NCBI GenBank assembly: GCA_013239625.1 | Contig: MU057340.1 | Location: forward strand, 8,326,931 to 8,390,930 | Length of the DNA: 64,000 bases | Reading direction: 5' to 3' | Origin: Lama guanicoe | Taxonomy: Eukaryota | In this document: positions 36,470 through 50,094 of the stretch, one piece after another | Position numbering within the stretch: the first letter of the stretch is position 1 | Layout of the letters: each line of letters opens with the position of its first letter | Translations under genes and position numbers: made by a program | Notes under the pieces: model-generated | Database searches by the model: none | What the model was told of the DNA's origin: nothing | Seen by the model: only the letters and a program-made list of their open reading frames with translations

Positions 36470-36625
36470 CAAAAGCGCCACAGTATCACTTGATCTCCCA
36501 CAAATCCATATTATTGGTCCCATTTTACAAGCTGTAGAAACTGAACCCCAGAAAGTTTACGTATGCTACCCAAACCAAACAGCTGGTAAGTGGCTAAGTT
36601 CTTATTCAAGAGCAGACCCAGGTCA
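36470..36625 (-). mobile_element. MIR SINE
   Basis: cccattttacaagctgtagaaactgaacccca...cagctggtaagtggc. Confidence 0.7.
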
Positions 36626-37190
36626 CCTATGAACCCATGTCACACAGCTGTGAGGTCCGGGCCCTGCGTGGTTTCTAAGGCCCGCACCAGCTTGCTATGG
36701 TGGTGGCCGGCCTGGCACAAGGGGACACAATAGCTTGCCCAAGGGTTCCCCCTGTCATTCATTCCAAGTATTCATTGAGTCTTCACTATGTACCAGCACT
36801 GTAATAGAGGGTAAGACTCCCCTCTCACCTCCATGTGGCTTACAGTCAGGGGAAGGCTGGTCCTGGGGACTTGATGATACCAACAGCAAATTCTCAACAG
36901 GGGCCCTGGCCCTCTGAAGTTGGTGGCAGTCCCCTGACCCACCCCCAGCCTGTTTGATGCTTATCCCCAGGTCCCAGGAAAGAGACCACTGATTTAATAA
37001 GCATCACACAAGCTGCAGTGTTTGTGATTTCTCCTGCCTCCCCCCTGGGCTGTGTGATTGTTGAAAATGCTCAGAGATATTAGTCCTTAAGGCAGAAATC
37101 CATCCCTAATAGTGTATTGTCAGGCCCTGTGTGAGCTGGGAGAGATCTTTGGAGACAGATCTGCTTTGTAAAATGACATGAAGACTTCTA

Positions 37191-37335
37191 GGAATGAATA
37201 GATGGATGCATGGATGCATGGATGGATGCATGGATGCATGGGTGGGTGGATGGATGCATGCATGAATGGATGGATGCACGGATGCATGGATCTATACGTG
37301 GATGACAGATAAATAGCAGCTAATTGGATGGATGG
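37191..37335. repeat. (GATG/CATG)n compound tetranucleotide repeat
   Basis: gatggatgcatggatgcatg... directly visible. Confidence 0.92.
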
Positions 37336-40300
37336 CAAAGAAAGTGTAGTTAGATCCATAAAGAGAGAACAAGAGAAGTAGGTAGGGATGGATGGACGAC
37401 AGCTCAATAATAGCTGGGTGATAGTTGGATAACATTCCAGCCAGGTCAGGCCACCTGCAATTCCCCAGCTCTGTCTGCTCTTTCTCATCTCTGGGCCTTC
37501 GCCCAGGCTGCTTCCTTAGCTGCAGTGTCCCTTCTGCAGCCGCAGTGTCCCACCACCTGCCCTTTGATGGCCTGGGTGTCTCCCATGCATTCCAGTCCTG
37601 CAGGCCCTTTATGGCCTCGCCTGGCAGAGTGAAAGGAGACATCCTCTGTAACAAGGCTGAGTACCCACCTCTGTTTGGGCACTGACTACATCCTGGAGAG
37701 CACCTGTGAACGGGTCCGCCTCATCTTCCAAGCGGTGAGCCCAGCGAGGGGAGGGTCGCGGTCTAGTTCTCCCTGCACCCCCAGTCCTTAGTGCAGCCAG
37801 CGTTTATTGACTGAACTCACTAGAGTATATGTGTGCCCACGGATCGGCACATGGGGAGACAGACAGCAGAGTGGGTTTCTGCCTAGGGGCCCCTCCTCAG
37901 AGTTTCCCTGGCATGCTGGCCATGCCTCCTGGGCCCTGGGGGAGCTGCCTTAGCCACCAGGTGAGAATCTGCTGAGTGCCCTGCGGGTGATTGGGGAGGG
38001 CCTGAGTGATTGCACAGTGAGCCCCAGGTGCAGCGTGGCAGGGAGGCCGGCAGGAGGAGACCTCGGCGCCCATCTCCTGCTAACGCTAACAAAGACAAAT
38101 TGGAGGCAGCGGCTGGAGTGCTTTGCCTATTTAAGTGTTAAGTAGCAGACTGATTGCTCCCAGGTTGACAAGTGACAGGGAGTAAGGCGGCAGGTGCTTC
38201 CGACAGCTCCCCCCACCAGAGTAGAAGGGACATGGGGGATGGGGGAGGGCATCTCTGACTGCAGGGCCCTCACCCCGGAGAGCAGGGAGATTTCTTCCTT
38301 GATAAAGGCTGGTCCTTTGTCCGGGCCCTGTTGTCTTGGGTCCCTTTTAAGAAAAAAAAGTGAGACTCTGACTCTGAACATTCACAGTCTTCCCTTAAAG
38401 CCTCTGCTTCCGCCCCCAGGACCACAAGGATGGAAAGTCTCCCCTCAGGGGAAATTAAGAGATTTCTTAGGGGGTTCAGTGTGCGGCATTCTTGGTGGGA
38501 AATGGAACTCCTTGTGCTGGGCGAGCGGGGAGTTGGAGACTCACGGCTCAAGTGCCCCTCCCCTGGGACACCTTCTGCAGTGACAACCCCCCACCTCTGC
38601 AGTGCACAGTTTCCCAATTCCTTCCGCACCTGCTGGAGACCCGCAACCAATGACACCAACCCACACCAGCTCCTCCAACAGATTCAGTGAGCAATGTTTG
38701 CTTGAACAACCAAATAAGTCTGAATGAAATCTCAGCTGAAGTCCAGTAGGTGTGAAGCAGACCAGGTGGAAGCAGGGAAGAGGGTCATCCCACCGTGTCC
38801 CCCACGATCCCAGCACACAGGCTGAGGAGCACGCGACCCTCGCCTTGAGTTCAGCATTGTGTCACCTCCATACACTCTTGTGATTGTGTCAGCTGTTCAA
38901 TTGGTCCATCCACGTGAGCCTTGCCTCCCCAGCAAGGCAATGGGCCATAGATCAGGTCTACGGTTGCAAGTGCAATGCTGGGCTCCAGCAGACCCCGGGT
39001 GAGAGCGTGTCATCTGACTGATGCAGAGTTCTAGCCTGAGACGTACATGGCCCTCCACAGGCCACTGCCAGAAAGGTGACAGTCATTGTCTACCAGCTTA
39101 CCCACCCTGTGCCTTCCCCTTTGCAATTCAAACAAATGTGCCCTGCCCAAAGGCCAAGGCATTCACCAGTTTATATAAATGAACAAGGTCAGTGCTAAGG
39201 AACAGCATGAGACTTGGCTCCTAAACTCTACCCCAGAGCATCTCAGGCTGGATTCTGTGTGCACATCTGCATGTGTGTGTGCATGGGGTGAGAGGCCATG
39301 CTGGGGGCTCCCCTGGGCTGCCACAGAAAGGAAAATGCCTTTGCTTATCTTGATTCCACTCTCCTTCCTGAAATAAAAACACTCACTCGTGTAAAGCACT
39401 TCCCTTGATCAATGACTAGGGGGAAAAACATAAATGCTCCACAAGTGTGAAAGCTAATTTGTTATTAGTAATTATTTGTAATCATTTGCGATATAATTAC
39501 TACTACCCAGAATGCCCCCCATGACCCTCCTCCCACTCAAATCCTCCTCATTCTTCTTTTCCAGCCCCACCTCCTCCAGGAAGCCCTCCAAAGTACATCA
39601 GTCTTCCTTAACTTCCTTCCTCTCTGTTTGCTTTCATGGCTTTCTCATCCAACGCTGCTCCTCCTGAACCCCTTCAGGGGCACAGACTTAGCTCTTGTGC
39701 TGGAGCAGAGGATCCCCGAGGGTGCCCCTGCCCTGCATGCCTCCCACACAGCCTAGCTGAGGACAGGGCAGGCAGGAGAGGTAGCGGGACTGCCTGGGAT
39801 CGTTTTCTCAGTTCTTCCCCTCATAGCTCAGTGGAAGGGAGGGCAATGTCCTCTTATGGATGAACATGAGCTGGTCCAGGATAGAGGGAGAAGGAGAAGG
39901 GGAGCAGCCACGGTTTTGTCCTGTCTGGCCCACCTAACCAGCCAAGAGCTATAGAGCAGTTCCCTGCTCGGGGGAGATCGCTGTGCCCCACCCGGAAGTG
40001 ATGGGGACCCAAGGAACACAGTAGTGGAGGGGACAATCTCAAGGGCTTTGCCCTTCATGCCTCCCCCAAAAGCCTCCCTGAAATGACTCCCTAGGTTGGG
40101 GCCCCTCCTCTGTGCCCTCAGAGCCTCCGGGCCTTCCGTTATGCTGGCAGGTGTCATGTGGGGTTCCACCTGCTGATCTCTCCACTCCTGCTTCAGACTT
40201 TGAACTACTTTAGGCAGGAAACGGACCCCACTGGTGGCACTAGAATGTTGATTGACTATGAATGGATGGGTAGGTGAAGGGATGGATGGAAGAATGAGTA

Positions 40301-40367
40301 CCAGACTTTGTTCACAGCTCAGCCCAGTCCCCAAAATAGAATGAAATGTTTAAGAACATGCGCTTTG

Positions 40368-41478
40368 CAAGGCAATAGAAATAAAATCAAAAATAAACAA
40401 ATGGGACCTAATTAAACTTATAAGCTTCTGCACAGCAAAGGAAACCATAAACAAAACAAAAGAACAACCTATGGAATGGGAGAAATTATTTGTAAATGAT
40501 GTGACTGACAAGGGCTTAATTTCCAGAATATACAAATAGCTCATACAACTCAATAACAAAAATGCAAACAACCCAATCAAAAAATGTGCAGAAAACCTAA
40601 ACAGACATTTTTTCCAAAGAAGACATGCAGATGGCCAATAGCCACATGAAAAAATGCTCAGTATTGCTAGTTATCAGAGAAATGCAAATCAGAACTACAA
40701 TGAGGTATCACCTCACACCCGTCAGAATGGCCATCATTCAAAAGTCCACAAACAATAAATACTGGAGAGGTTGTGGAGAAGAAGGAACTTTGGACAGAAT
40801 GGAGCTTTCTTAAAAATCTAAAAATAGAGTTACTATATGATCTAGCAATCCCACTCCTGGGCATATATCTAGAGAAAATTATAATTCAAAAAGATACCTG
40901 CACCCTTATGTTTATAGCAGCACTATTTACAACAGCCAAGACTTGGAGACAACCTAAATGTCCATCAACAGATGATTGGACAGAGAAGGTGTGTTATATA
41001 TGTACATTAGAATACTACTCAGCCATAAAAAAGAATAGAATAATCCTGTTTGTGGCAACAGAGATGGACCTAGAGATGGTCCTACTAAGTGAAATAAGTC
41101 AGACAGAGAAAGACAAACATCCTATGGTATCACTTATGTGTGGAATCTAAAAAATGATACAAATGAACTTATTCACAAAACAGAAACAGACTCACAGACA
41201 TAGAAAACAAATTTATGGCTATTAAAGGGGAAAGGGGAGGGAGGGATAAATTAGGGATTTGGGATTAGCAGACACAAACTACTGTATATAAAATAAACAA
41301 CAAGGTCCTACTGTACAGCACAGGGAACTACATTCAATACCTTATAATAACCTATAATGAAAAAGAATATGGAAAGAATATATAAATGTATACCTGAATC
41401 ACTATGCTGCACACTAGAAACTAACACAACATTGTAAATCAACTATACTTCAATTAAAAAAATTTAAAAGTAAGAAAA
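40368..41478 (+). mobile_element. 5'-truncated artiodactyl-type LINE-1 (ORF2 C-terminus plus 3' UTR) inserted into a MIR head
   Basis: ORFs 40625-40813 and 40773-41150 match the L1 ORF2 C-terminus ([11 protein letters not shown]; AIPLLGIY; MFIAALF); TSD aagaacatgcgctttg (40352-40367) / aagaacatgggctttg (41479-41494). Confidence 0.95.
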
Positions 41479-42339
41479 AAGAACATGGGCTTTGGAGTTA
41501 GAAAAAAAGAGATCTGGATTTGAACCCTGTGCATCGTACACTTTTGTGAAGTGTGTGTCCAAATAGTTCTCCATTTTTATTGAACTACTTGTGTTTTTAT
41601 TCTGGATGTGTAAGATTTCTTTACATATTCTGGTTACATTTGCCATAAATATGTATTGTTATTTTTGTTCTCTCAGTCTATAGTTTGCTCTACATTTTCT
41701 TAATAGTTTTTTATCAGCAGAAGTTACTAATTTTGATGAAATCTATTTCATCAACTTTTTTTTAATGAGCAGTGCTTTTTATGTCCTCTCTAAGAAATCT
41801 ATGCCCATCCCCTAGATGTCAAAGTTTTATTTCATTTTGTCTAAGTTTTTTTTTTTCTAGAGACTTTTTGATATTAGCTTTGGTGTTTTAGTCTATGATC
41901 TACCTCATGAGAGATGCTGATCGGCAAGGACTCTTTTCTAATATCTTTGTCTGGCTTTGGCAATACAGAGTAACGCTGGCCTCATAGAGTGAATTGGGGA
42001 GTAAAGTCTATTCCTTTATATTCAGAAAGAATATAAGATTGGTACCATTTCTTAAGTATTTGAATTGACCTGTGAACTTACCTGGGCCTTGAGTTTTTTC
42101 CTTGGGAAGGTTTTTTGAAAAAACTTCACTTATTTGACAGATAGAGGGCTATTCAGATATGCTGTTTCATCTTGTGTCTGTTTTTTTGACTTGTTTTTTA
42201 AGCTTTATCTTTTTTATCTACGCCGTTGAATGTATTGGCATCAAGTTGCTAATATTCTTTCAGTGTCTATAAGATCTGTAGTTCCATCTCCTTTTGCATG
42301 CTTGATGTTGGTAACTTGTATTTTCTCTTCCTTTTTCCT

Positions 42340-43128
42340 TATTTATTTATTTATTGAAGCATTATATAAGTTACAATATTATATGTTACAAGTGTAGGGA
42401 TTCACAATTTTTATGAAACAGTGATTCACAATTTTTAAAGGTTTTACTCCATTTAAAAATATTTGCTATGTTCCTTTTGTTGTAAAATATATCCTTGTAC
42501 TACTCAGCCATAAAAAAGAATAAAATAATACCATTTGCAGCAACATGGATGGACCTGGACATTGTCATATTAAGTGAAGTAAGCCAGAAACAGAGAGAAA
42601 AATACCATAGGATACAACTTATATGTGGAATCTGAAAAAGCCGCACAAATGAACTTATTTACAAAACGGAAACAGACTCACAGGCATAGAAAACAAACTT
42701 ACGGTTACCAAAGGGGAAAGGGGTGGAGGGGACGGAAATAAATTAGGACTTTGGGATCAGCAGATACTAATTACTGTATATAAAACAGATAAACAACAAG
42801 GTCCTACTGTATAGCACAGGTTACTATATTCAATATCTTGTAATAACCTGTAATGAAAAAGAACATGAAAAGGAATGTGTGTATGTATAACTGAAACACT
42901 ACGCTGTACACTGGAAATTAACACAACATTGTAAACCAACTATACTTCAATAAAAGGAGTTAACAACACTTAAAAATACATATACTCTTATAGCTTTATA
43001 TCTAATAATTTGTACCTCTTAATCCCCTACCCCTAAGTTGCCCCTCCCCACTTTCCTCTCCCCACTGGTAACCACTACTTTGGTCTCTATACTTGTGAGT
43101 CTGCTTCTTTCCTGTTATATTTACTAGA
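42340..43128 (-). mobile_element. Antisense L1 3' UTR, split by a sense L1
   Basis: ttatttattgaagc...atatccttgta [insert] tagctttat...cccactggtaaccacta...tgtgagtctgcttct. Confidence 0.8.
42499..42985 (+). mobile_element. Sense artiodactyl-type L1 3' end, innermost nested insertion
   Basis: actactcagccataaaaaagaat...catggatggacctgga...aactatacttcaataaaa. Confidence 0.92.
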
Positions 43129-44810
43129 TTTTCTCCTTTCTCTTGATCAGCCTCTCTGAGACTTTATCACTTTTATAAATCTTTTCAAAGAACCCATGTT
43201 TGGCTTTATTAATGTTCCCTATTGTTTGTTTTATATTTCATTGTTTTCTGCTTCTGTATTTATTCACTTTCTTTTGTGTTTCTTTTTTCTCCTTCAGGTA
43301 GAAATTTTATTCTTGACTTAAATTTTTTCTCCATTTCTAATAGAAGTATAAATTTTCCTCTAAGTACCTCTTTAGCTGTATCCCACACATTTTGAAACGC
43401 TGTGTTCTTTGTCATCATTCCATTTGAAATATTCTCTAATTTTTCTTGTGATTTCCTCTTTAACCCATGGATTATTTAGAAATGTTGTTTAATTTCCAAA
43501 TATTTGGAATATTTCTAGATATTTTATTTTTAGTGAGTTCAAGTTTAATTCTTTTACCATATAAGAACATACGTATATAATTTCAATGTTCTGAAATTTA
43601 CTGATATTTATTTTATGGCCACTGTGAAGTCTAGGTCAGTGTTCTCTATGCACATGAAAAGAATATGTATCCTGTAGTTGCTGAAGAGAGTGCTCTGTAT
43701 ATACCAATTAGGTCTAGTTGATAGCTAGTGTTGTTCAAATCCCCTATATCCTTGCTATTTATTTGCCTACATGTTCTATCAGTTACTGAGGGAAGAGTGT
43801 TAAGATATCCTACTATGATTGTTGCCTTAAATACTTCTCCTTTTATTTCTATCAGTTTTTGTTTATGTATATTACAACCCTGTTACTAATTACAGACACA
43901 ATGTTTAACTGCTGAATTGCCTTTTTGTTTTCATTGTTAAAGTCTCTTCATCTCTAGCTAAAAATCCTTACCTTGTCATTTACTTTGTCTGATGTTAAAA
44001 TAGCCACCCAACAACTTTCTCATGCTTACCATTTCCATGGTACATTTTCACATCCTTTTGCTCTCAATATATCTGTGTCTTTGCTTTTAAAGTGTAGAGG
44101 TTTTTACAGCTGTCAGATAGCTGGGTCTTTTTTTATTTTTTAATCTAGTGTAAAAACCTCTGCCTTTCTGTTAGAGGTAAAACTATTTATATTTAACATA
44201 ATTATTTGTATACTTGAGTTTAAGTCTACTATCTCCCTATTTGTTTTCTTTGTTTTATCATTTTTTGTCCCTCTGCTACTCTTTTCTTGCCTTCTTTTAT
44301 GCTAATCAAATTTTTAATATTTTACTTTATTTCCTGTACTAGCTTTTTAGCCATATCACTTTACATTGTTTTTAGTGATCTCCCAAAGGATTACAATTTA
44401 CATCCTTAAATTATCAGTCTATGAGTACCATTTCAGGCAAAATGCATAATTCTTATAGATGCACGTTTCCATTTATATCCTACTCCTTATGGTTTTATTG
44501 TCATATATTTATTACTACACAGTACAAATCTCATGATATAGTTCTTATTTTTGCTTTGAAGTTTCCTAAAGTTTCCTAAATTAAGAAAAATAAAATGATA
44601 GGCTTTTATATTTCCTCACATGTTTCCCACTTAGAAAGCAAGCGTTATTTTCTGTAAATCTTAGTTTTCATCTGACATTATTTCTGTTCAATCTAAAGAA
44701 TTAAACATTTCATGTAGTACAAGTATTGTGGTGACGAATTAGCTTGGCTTTTCTTTATCTCATGTTTATTTTGAAGGGTATTTTCCTTCAATATAAAACT
44801 CCACATTTTT

Positions 44811-46310
44811 ATATCAAAGACACTACAAAAAAACTACAGACCAATACCCCTTATAAACATTGATGCAAAACTCCTCAGTAAAATGCCAGGAAACTAAATT
44901 CAGCAACGTATTAAAAGATTATACACCATGACCAATGGGAATTTATTTCTAGAATGTACGGTTGGTTCAACATATGAACATCAATCAATGTAACACAGCA
45001 CATAAACAGAATAAGGGAAAGGAAAGTGTATTATCATCATAATTGAGGCAGAAAAAGCCTTTGACAAAATTCACCACCCTTTTATCATAGAAACACTCAA
45101 TGAACTAGGAACATGAGAAAACTATCTCAATACAATACATGCCATAGATGAAAAACCCACAGCTCACATCACACCTAGCAGTGAAAGACTGAAAGCTTTT
45201 CCTCTAATATCAGGGACAAGAACAATCATATATTAGGATTATGCCTTAAAAAACTGTTAGTGCTAATAAACAAATTCACCAAGGGGGCAGGTTATAAAGT
45301 CAACATACAAAAATAAGTTGCCTTCCTATACACTAACAATGAACAATCTAAAAAAGGAAATTAAGAAAACAATTTCACTTACAGTAACATAAAAAAGAAT
45401 AAAATATGCAGAAATTAACTTTACAAAAGAGGTGAAAGACTTGTACACTGAAAACTACCCCAAAAAGTGATCTGCAGACTCAATACAATCCCTGTCAAAA
45501 TCCCAACAATGTTTCTTGAAGAAACAGAAAAATTCATTCTAAAATTTATATGGGATTTAAAGGGACCCCACATAGGTGAAACAATTTTGAAAAAGAAGAA
45601 CAAAATCGGAGGACTCACAATTCCTGATTTCAAATTTTGCTGCAAAACTACAATAATAAAAACAGTGTGGTACTATCATAAAGCATCAAATAAAACAGAG
45701 CCCAGAAATAAACTCTCATATGTTGATCAAGTGATTTTTGACAAGGGTCCCAAGATCATTCAATAATGGAAATGACAGTCTCTTTAATGATACTGGGAAA
45801 ACTAGATATCCACTTGCAAAAGAATGAAGACTCTTACCTAATATCATATATATTAATTAATTAAAAATGAATCAAAGACCTAATATAAGACTAAAATGAT
45901 AAAATTCTTAGAAGAAAACATAGGAGAAACTTCGTGACATCAGATTTAGCAATGATTCCTTGGATATGACACCAAATGCAAACAACGAAAGAAAATAGGC
46001 AAATTGGACATTGTAAAAATTTAAAATTTTTGTGCATCAAAGAACACTATCAACAGAATAAAAAGGCAACACATGGGATGGGGGTAAATATTGGCAAATA
46101 TTTGCAAATATGGAAAGGAATAATGGGGAGTTACTGTTTAATAGATACAGAGTGTCCGTATGGAATAATGAAAAATTTCTGAAGATGGATAATGATAATG
46201 GCTGCACAACAATGTGTATCTCTTAATGCCACTGAACTGTACACCTTAAGTTATTATAAGGGTAAATCTTATATTATGTTTTACCACAATAAAAATTTTA
46301 ATTAAAAAAA
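44811..46310 (+). mobile_element. Internally deleted sense L1 (RT domain to 3' end; L1MA/L1MB-like)
   Basis: NYRPIPLINIDAKLL RT motif at ~44832; ORF 45467-45766 (NTIPVKIP...GGLTIPDFK...KTVWY) is L1 ORF2; aataaa and A tail at ~46288. Confidence 0.9.
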
Positions 46311-46314
46311 TACA

Positions 46315-47950
46315 TATGACCTGCCCAACTTTTTTTCTTTCAATTTTTTAGCTATTTCATTGTCTTCTAACTTCCATTGTTTTACTGCTAAGAAATCAGC
46401 TCTAATTTTTACCATTGTCCTCTTATATGTAATATATGTTTTCCCCTATGGCTGATTTTAATATTTTTCTTTATCTTTGATTTTCAGGAGTTTGATTATG
46501 ATGTGCTCAGGTGGGCTCTTCTTTTAGTTCTTGCCACTTGTAGATCTTTGAACTTCTTGGATCTGCAGATGGATGATTTTCACTAAATTGAGAAGTTTTT
46601 GACTGATATTTATTCAAATATATTTTATTCTTCATTCTTACAATTAGATTTGTGTTATATTGCTTGACATTGTCCCATAGGCAACTGAGGTTCTTTTTTT
46701 TTTAATCTTTTTAATAGATTAATTTCTATTCATTCATCTTCAAGTTCACTGATTCTCTTCTCTTTTTTTGCAGTGTCTAATCTTTGGTGAATATTTTATC
46801 CTTTATACTATATATTTATAGACTTTCCATTTGGCTCTTCTTAAATTTTTTTCCTGCTGATGTTCCCAATCTGTTTGTTTATTATATCCACATTTTATTT
46901 TAAATCCTTGACTAAATTGATTACAACTATTTTATTTTATTTATTTTTATTTGGTTGGGGGAGGCAATTAGTTTTATTTTTATTTATTTATTTGTTAACA
47001 GAGGCACTAAGGATTGAACCCAGGACCTCATGCATGCTAAGCATGTGCTCTACCACTGAGCTATATATTCCCCAGATTACAGCCGTTTTAAAGTGTTGTT
47101 TGTTGATTATAAAGTCTAAGTCATCTGAAAGTACATTTTATTGACTGCTTTTTTTAAATTATGGGTTACATTTTTCTGCTTTTTTGTATGTTTAATCATT
47201 CTTTAGTAGCCAACATTGTGAATGTTGTATTTCAGAACATCGTGGATTATGCTGCTTCCCTCTAAGTGTTCTGACAGACAGCTAGCTGGTAATCCGCATG
47301 ATAGTGTCAGGATTTTTATCACACTTTTTAGAACAGGTCTATTTTTATTTTGACCTCTGTTCTAGGATGTGGTTTTTACTCAAGAGCATGATCCTTATTT
47401 CTAAAGCATGACTCAGTGTCCTCAGTAAGGTGTCTTCACTTTGGTTAAAGTGGACTTTCAATGTCTCCCAGCCCTGCATAAACTCAGGTACTTCCACTGA
47501 CCATCAGCCCTTCCGCAGCCCCTCTCTAATAGCCGTCCTGTAGCATCTCATCCCGTGTACATACAGCGCAAACCTCAGTCAAGAACCTGAGGGAAATTCC
47601 CATGTAGCTTCTGCCCACACACACTGCCATGCAGTTTCCTCTCCTCTGGTACCCATCCTTGCAAATTTCAGACGCTTCAATCTCTTCCTCCTCAACTCAA
47701 TGGCACCACCACTCTCACTCTTTCCATGGGCTCTACCCCTCTGTGTCAAAGTCAGAATGTGATCTCAGGAAGAAAATCAAGGCAAACCATGAGGCATATT
47801 CCATATGTTTCCCTTCTCTCAAGAATCAAAATCCTGTGCCTCCTGTTGTTACATATTTTGTCGTATTTTATAGCTTCTTGCTTTCAGTGGGAAGGTAAAT
47901 TCATAGCCAATTACTTTGTCCTGGCTAGAACTATTTCTGGAATCAGAAGT
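46315..47950 (-). mobile_element. Continuation of the old antisense L1 (ORF1/5' region)
   Basis: gctaagaaatcagct; tttgattatgatgtgc; tcttcaagttcactgattct are typical antisense L1M ORF1 motifs. Confidence 0.7.
46935..47073 (-). mobile_element. Camelid tRNA-Ala-derived SINE (vic-1-like)
   Basis: ggattgaacccaggacctcatgcatgctaagcatgtgctctaccactgagctata; TSD gattacaactatttta / gattacagccgtttta. Confidence 0.88.
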
Positions 47951-48809
47951 CTTGGAAATAAATTTTGGAAATGAAGAGGAAATGAGGGAAAACAGGGCTG
48001 TGGTTAAAATGTTGTTGGGGGCTGCTGTGAAAATTAAAAGGTTCTTCCCTGCCTGACGGAATACAAAAGGGACCCTCCTCCGGACAGAGCAATTAACAAT
48101 CAGTTTCTCTTTCTCTGGGCTGATGCCACCTGCCAGAATACACAGACTGGTAAAGGGAGTCAAGGCTGGTTTTCAGCACTCACTCAGTCCTTCTGGCTCT
48201 AGTACTTTCGTGTCATTCACAACCTACACAAGAGTAGTTAGCAGCCCCGAGGGGAAAGAACAATTCTGACTGTTGTACTTTGCCCAAGGCAAGGAGTCTA
48301 TGAAAGAACACTTCCCTCTGACTTTTTCTCTTGGTGACAGACCATTGTTATTTACAAGTTATGAATGTACAGTGCATGTGACTTTGCCAAATTGGAAATA
48401 GTATTCTGAGGGTTTATGGAGGTCCCCAGAGAATAAGTTATGAAAGAGAATCTCAAGGTAAGAGCAAAGCTAAAAGCCTAGCCTGGGAAACTTGAACCCT
48501 CATTGAACTCAGCATAGATTAAATCTATGTTCTATAAACAAAACTTTTGAACTTGTTTTACTGCTCTAGGATGGTGGAGGCGGGAGAGCTAAGGCAAAGA
48601 ACAAGCGGGACTCATTCAGGACCCCGAAGGGCCAGATGAGAAATTAGACCCAGAGATATCTTTGTCTCCATTGAGACAATGAGGCATTTCTTATAGGTAA
48701 GGCTTTCCTGATCTCAGCCACTTCACATTCAAGCATCCCAATCTCATGGTAAAAGGTATCATCCTTTCTGAAGACAACATTATGACATGATTTTACCTCA
48801 TTATAGAAA

Positions 48810-49035
48810 GAATGCAGGCCTTGGAGACTGAATAAATGGGTTCCCTGCTCTACCACTTTCTAGCCGCATGGCCTTGCATAAGTTATTCAACCTCTCCCAG
48901 CCACAGCCTCTTACCTGCAAAGTTAGGGATTAATGTCTACCTCTCAGGGTCCTTGCAAGGATTACAGAAGATACCGTATGTGAAAGCACTTGGCACAGTG
49001 TCAAGCACATATAAATGCCTAATAAATGCTCCCTG
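48810..49035 (+). mobile_element. MIR SINE (near full length)
   Basis: Head ggccttggagactg...gggttc; tail aaagcacttggcacagtg...taataaatg. Confidence 0.85.
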
Positions 49036-49479
49036 ACCCTTGATATCAGCAGAATTAGTTGCAGCTAGTTTAAAAGAAGTGAGAACTTGGGTGATACCAT
49101 GTACACTTCTCGCCTTATGACCCACAAAGACAAACTTTAGATAAAGAGGCATTAGTGTTTTACCTCCCTCCTCCACTGGACAGGCCTGTTTATGCCAAGT
49201 TATAAGCTGACCAAACAGAGGGAGGAAAAACTTGGGTTTGGCTGAGTGGAAAAGAGGGTGTCTGACCACAGAAAGGAGGGCTGAGGGCTCCTTTGAACTT
49301 GTGGGAATTCATAATTCTGTAATAGGCTGTCATTGTTTCCCACTCTTCCCCCTGACCTCGCTGGACCCCAAGACCTCAGAGAAGGACAGTGGAAGGTGGA
49401 GCGATGTCTCAGCTCCATTTGGGAGAGGTATGTTGTCATCTCACTGCTTCACAGAGCTTGGACCCTCTTTGACACCTTC

Positions 49480-49840
49480 TTGTCCATTTTCCCAGTTTAT
49501 CTTCCTCTTGCTACCTTTCTCAGCATCATCATGTCTCTTCCCAAGTTCTCACATTCTCTTCTTCTACTCATATGTTCTTCCCATTTACTTCTTTCCACTG
49601 GTCCCTCACCTCCTTTCTTTTTCCTTCCACCTCCTATGTTTGCTTCCTTCCAACTCCTTTCTCCCTCCTCTCTCCCACTCACTCCTGTATATCATTTCCC
49701 CCATCACCAGAACCCTCACTCTCTCTCTCACATTCCTCTCTCTTTCTCTCCACTATTCCTCTCTTCTCCCTCTTCTAAACTTAACCCTCCTTTCTCCTCT
49801 TCTCATCTCTTTTTTCTTTCCTCACCTTACCTTCATCTCT
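49480..49840. repeat. CT-rich polypyrimidine low-complexity tract
   Basis: About 360 bp strongly G-depleted on the + strand. Confidence 0.9.
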
Positions 49841-50094
49841 GCAAGAGAGGCAGGAGACAGGGCGACAGAAGGAGATACGTGAGGGAGAAGAGAACTAGGC
49901 ACAAAGGTACTGGGATGGTGACAACAGAAGCAACGCTAGTTGGCTGAAGTCCTGCCTTCAGAACCAAACCAAAATCAAGAGGAGCCCTGGAGAATGAGCT
50001 GGGAGGTAATGAAAGGACAGTTCTGACCTGGACCCCAGTCTGCTGCACATTCCCCCCCACCCCCACCCCAGAGAGCACAGGCATCCTGAAGGCC

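Larger units (their letters stand above)
41540..44805 (-). mobile_element. Old antisense L1 (ORF2 region) hosting nested insertions
   Basis: T-rich antisense ORF2 (gctggcctcatagagtgaattggg; ttttcaaagaacc; tttaatttccaaatatttgg). Confidence 0.85.

Noticed and set aside
40625-41150. ORFs with clear protein homology
   Set aside because: Fragments of L1 ORF2 with stops and an internal deletion near 40790; not a host gene
49232-49947. Longest ORFs (216 aa and 204 aa), hydrophobic and membrane-protein-like
   Set aside because: Open only because the CT-rich tract lacks stop codons; L/S/P/F composition is low-complexity with no recognisable domain
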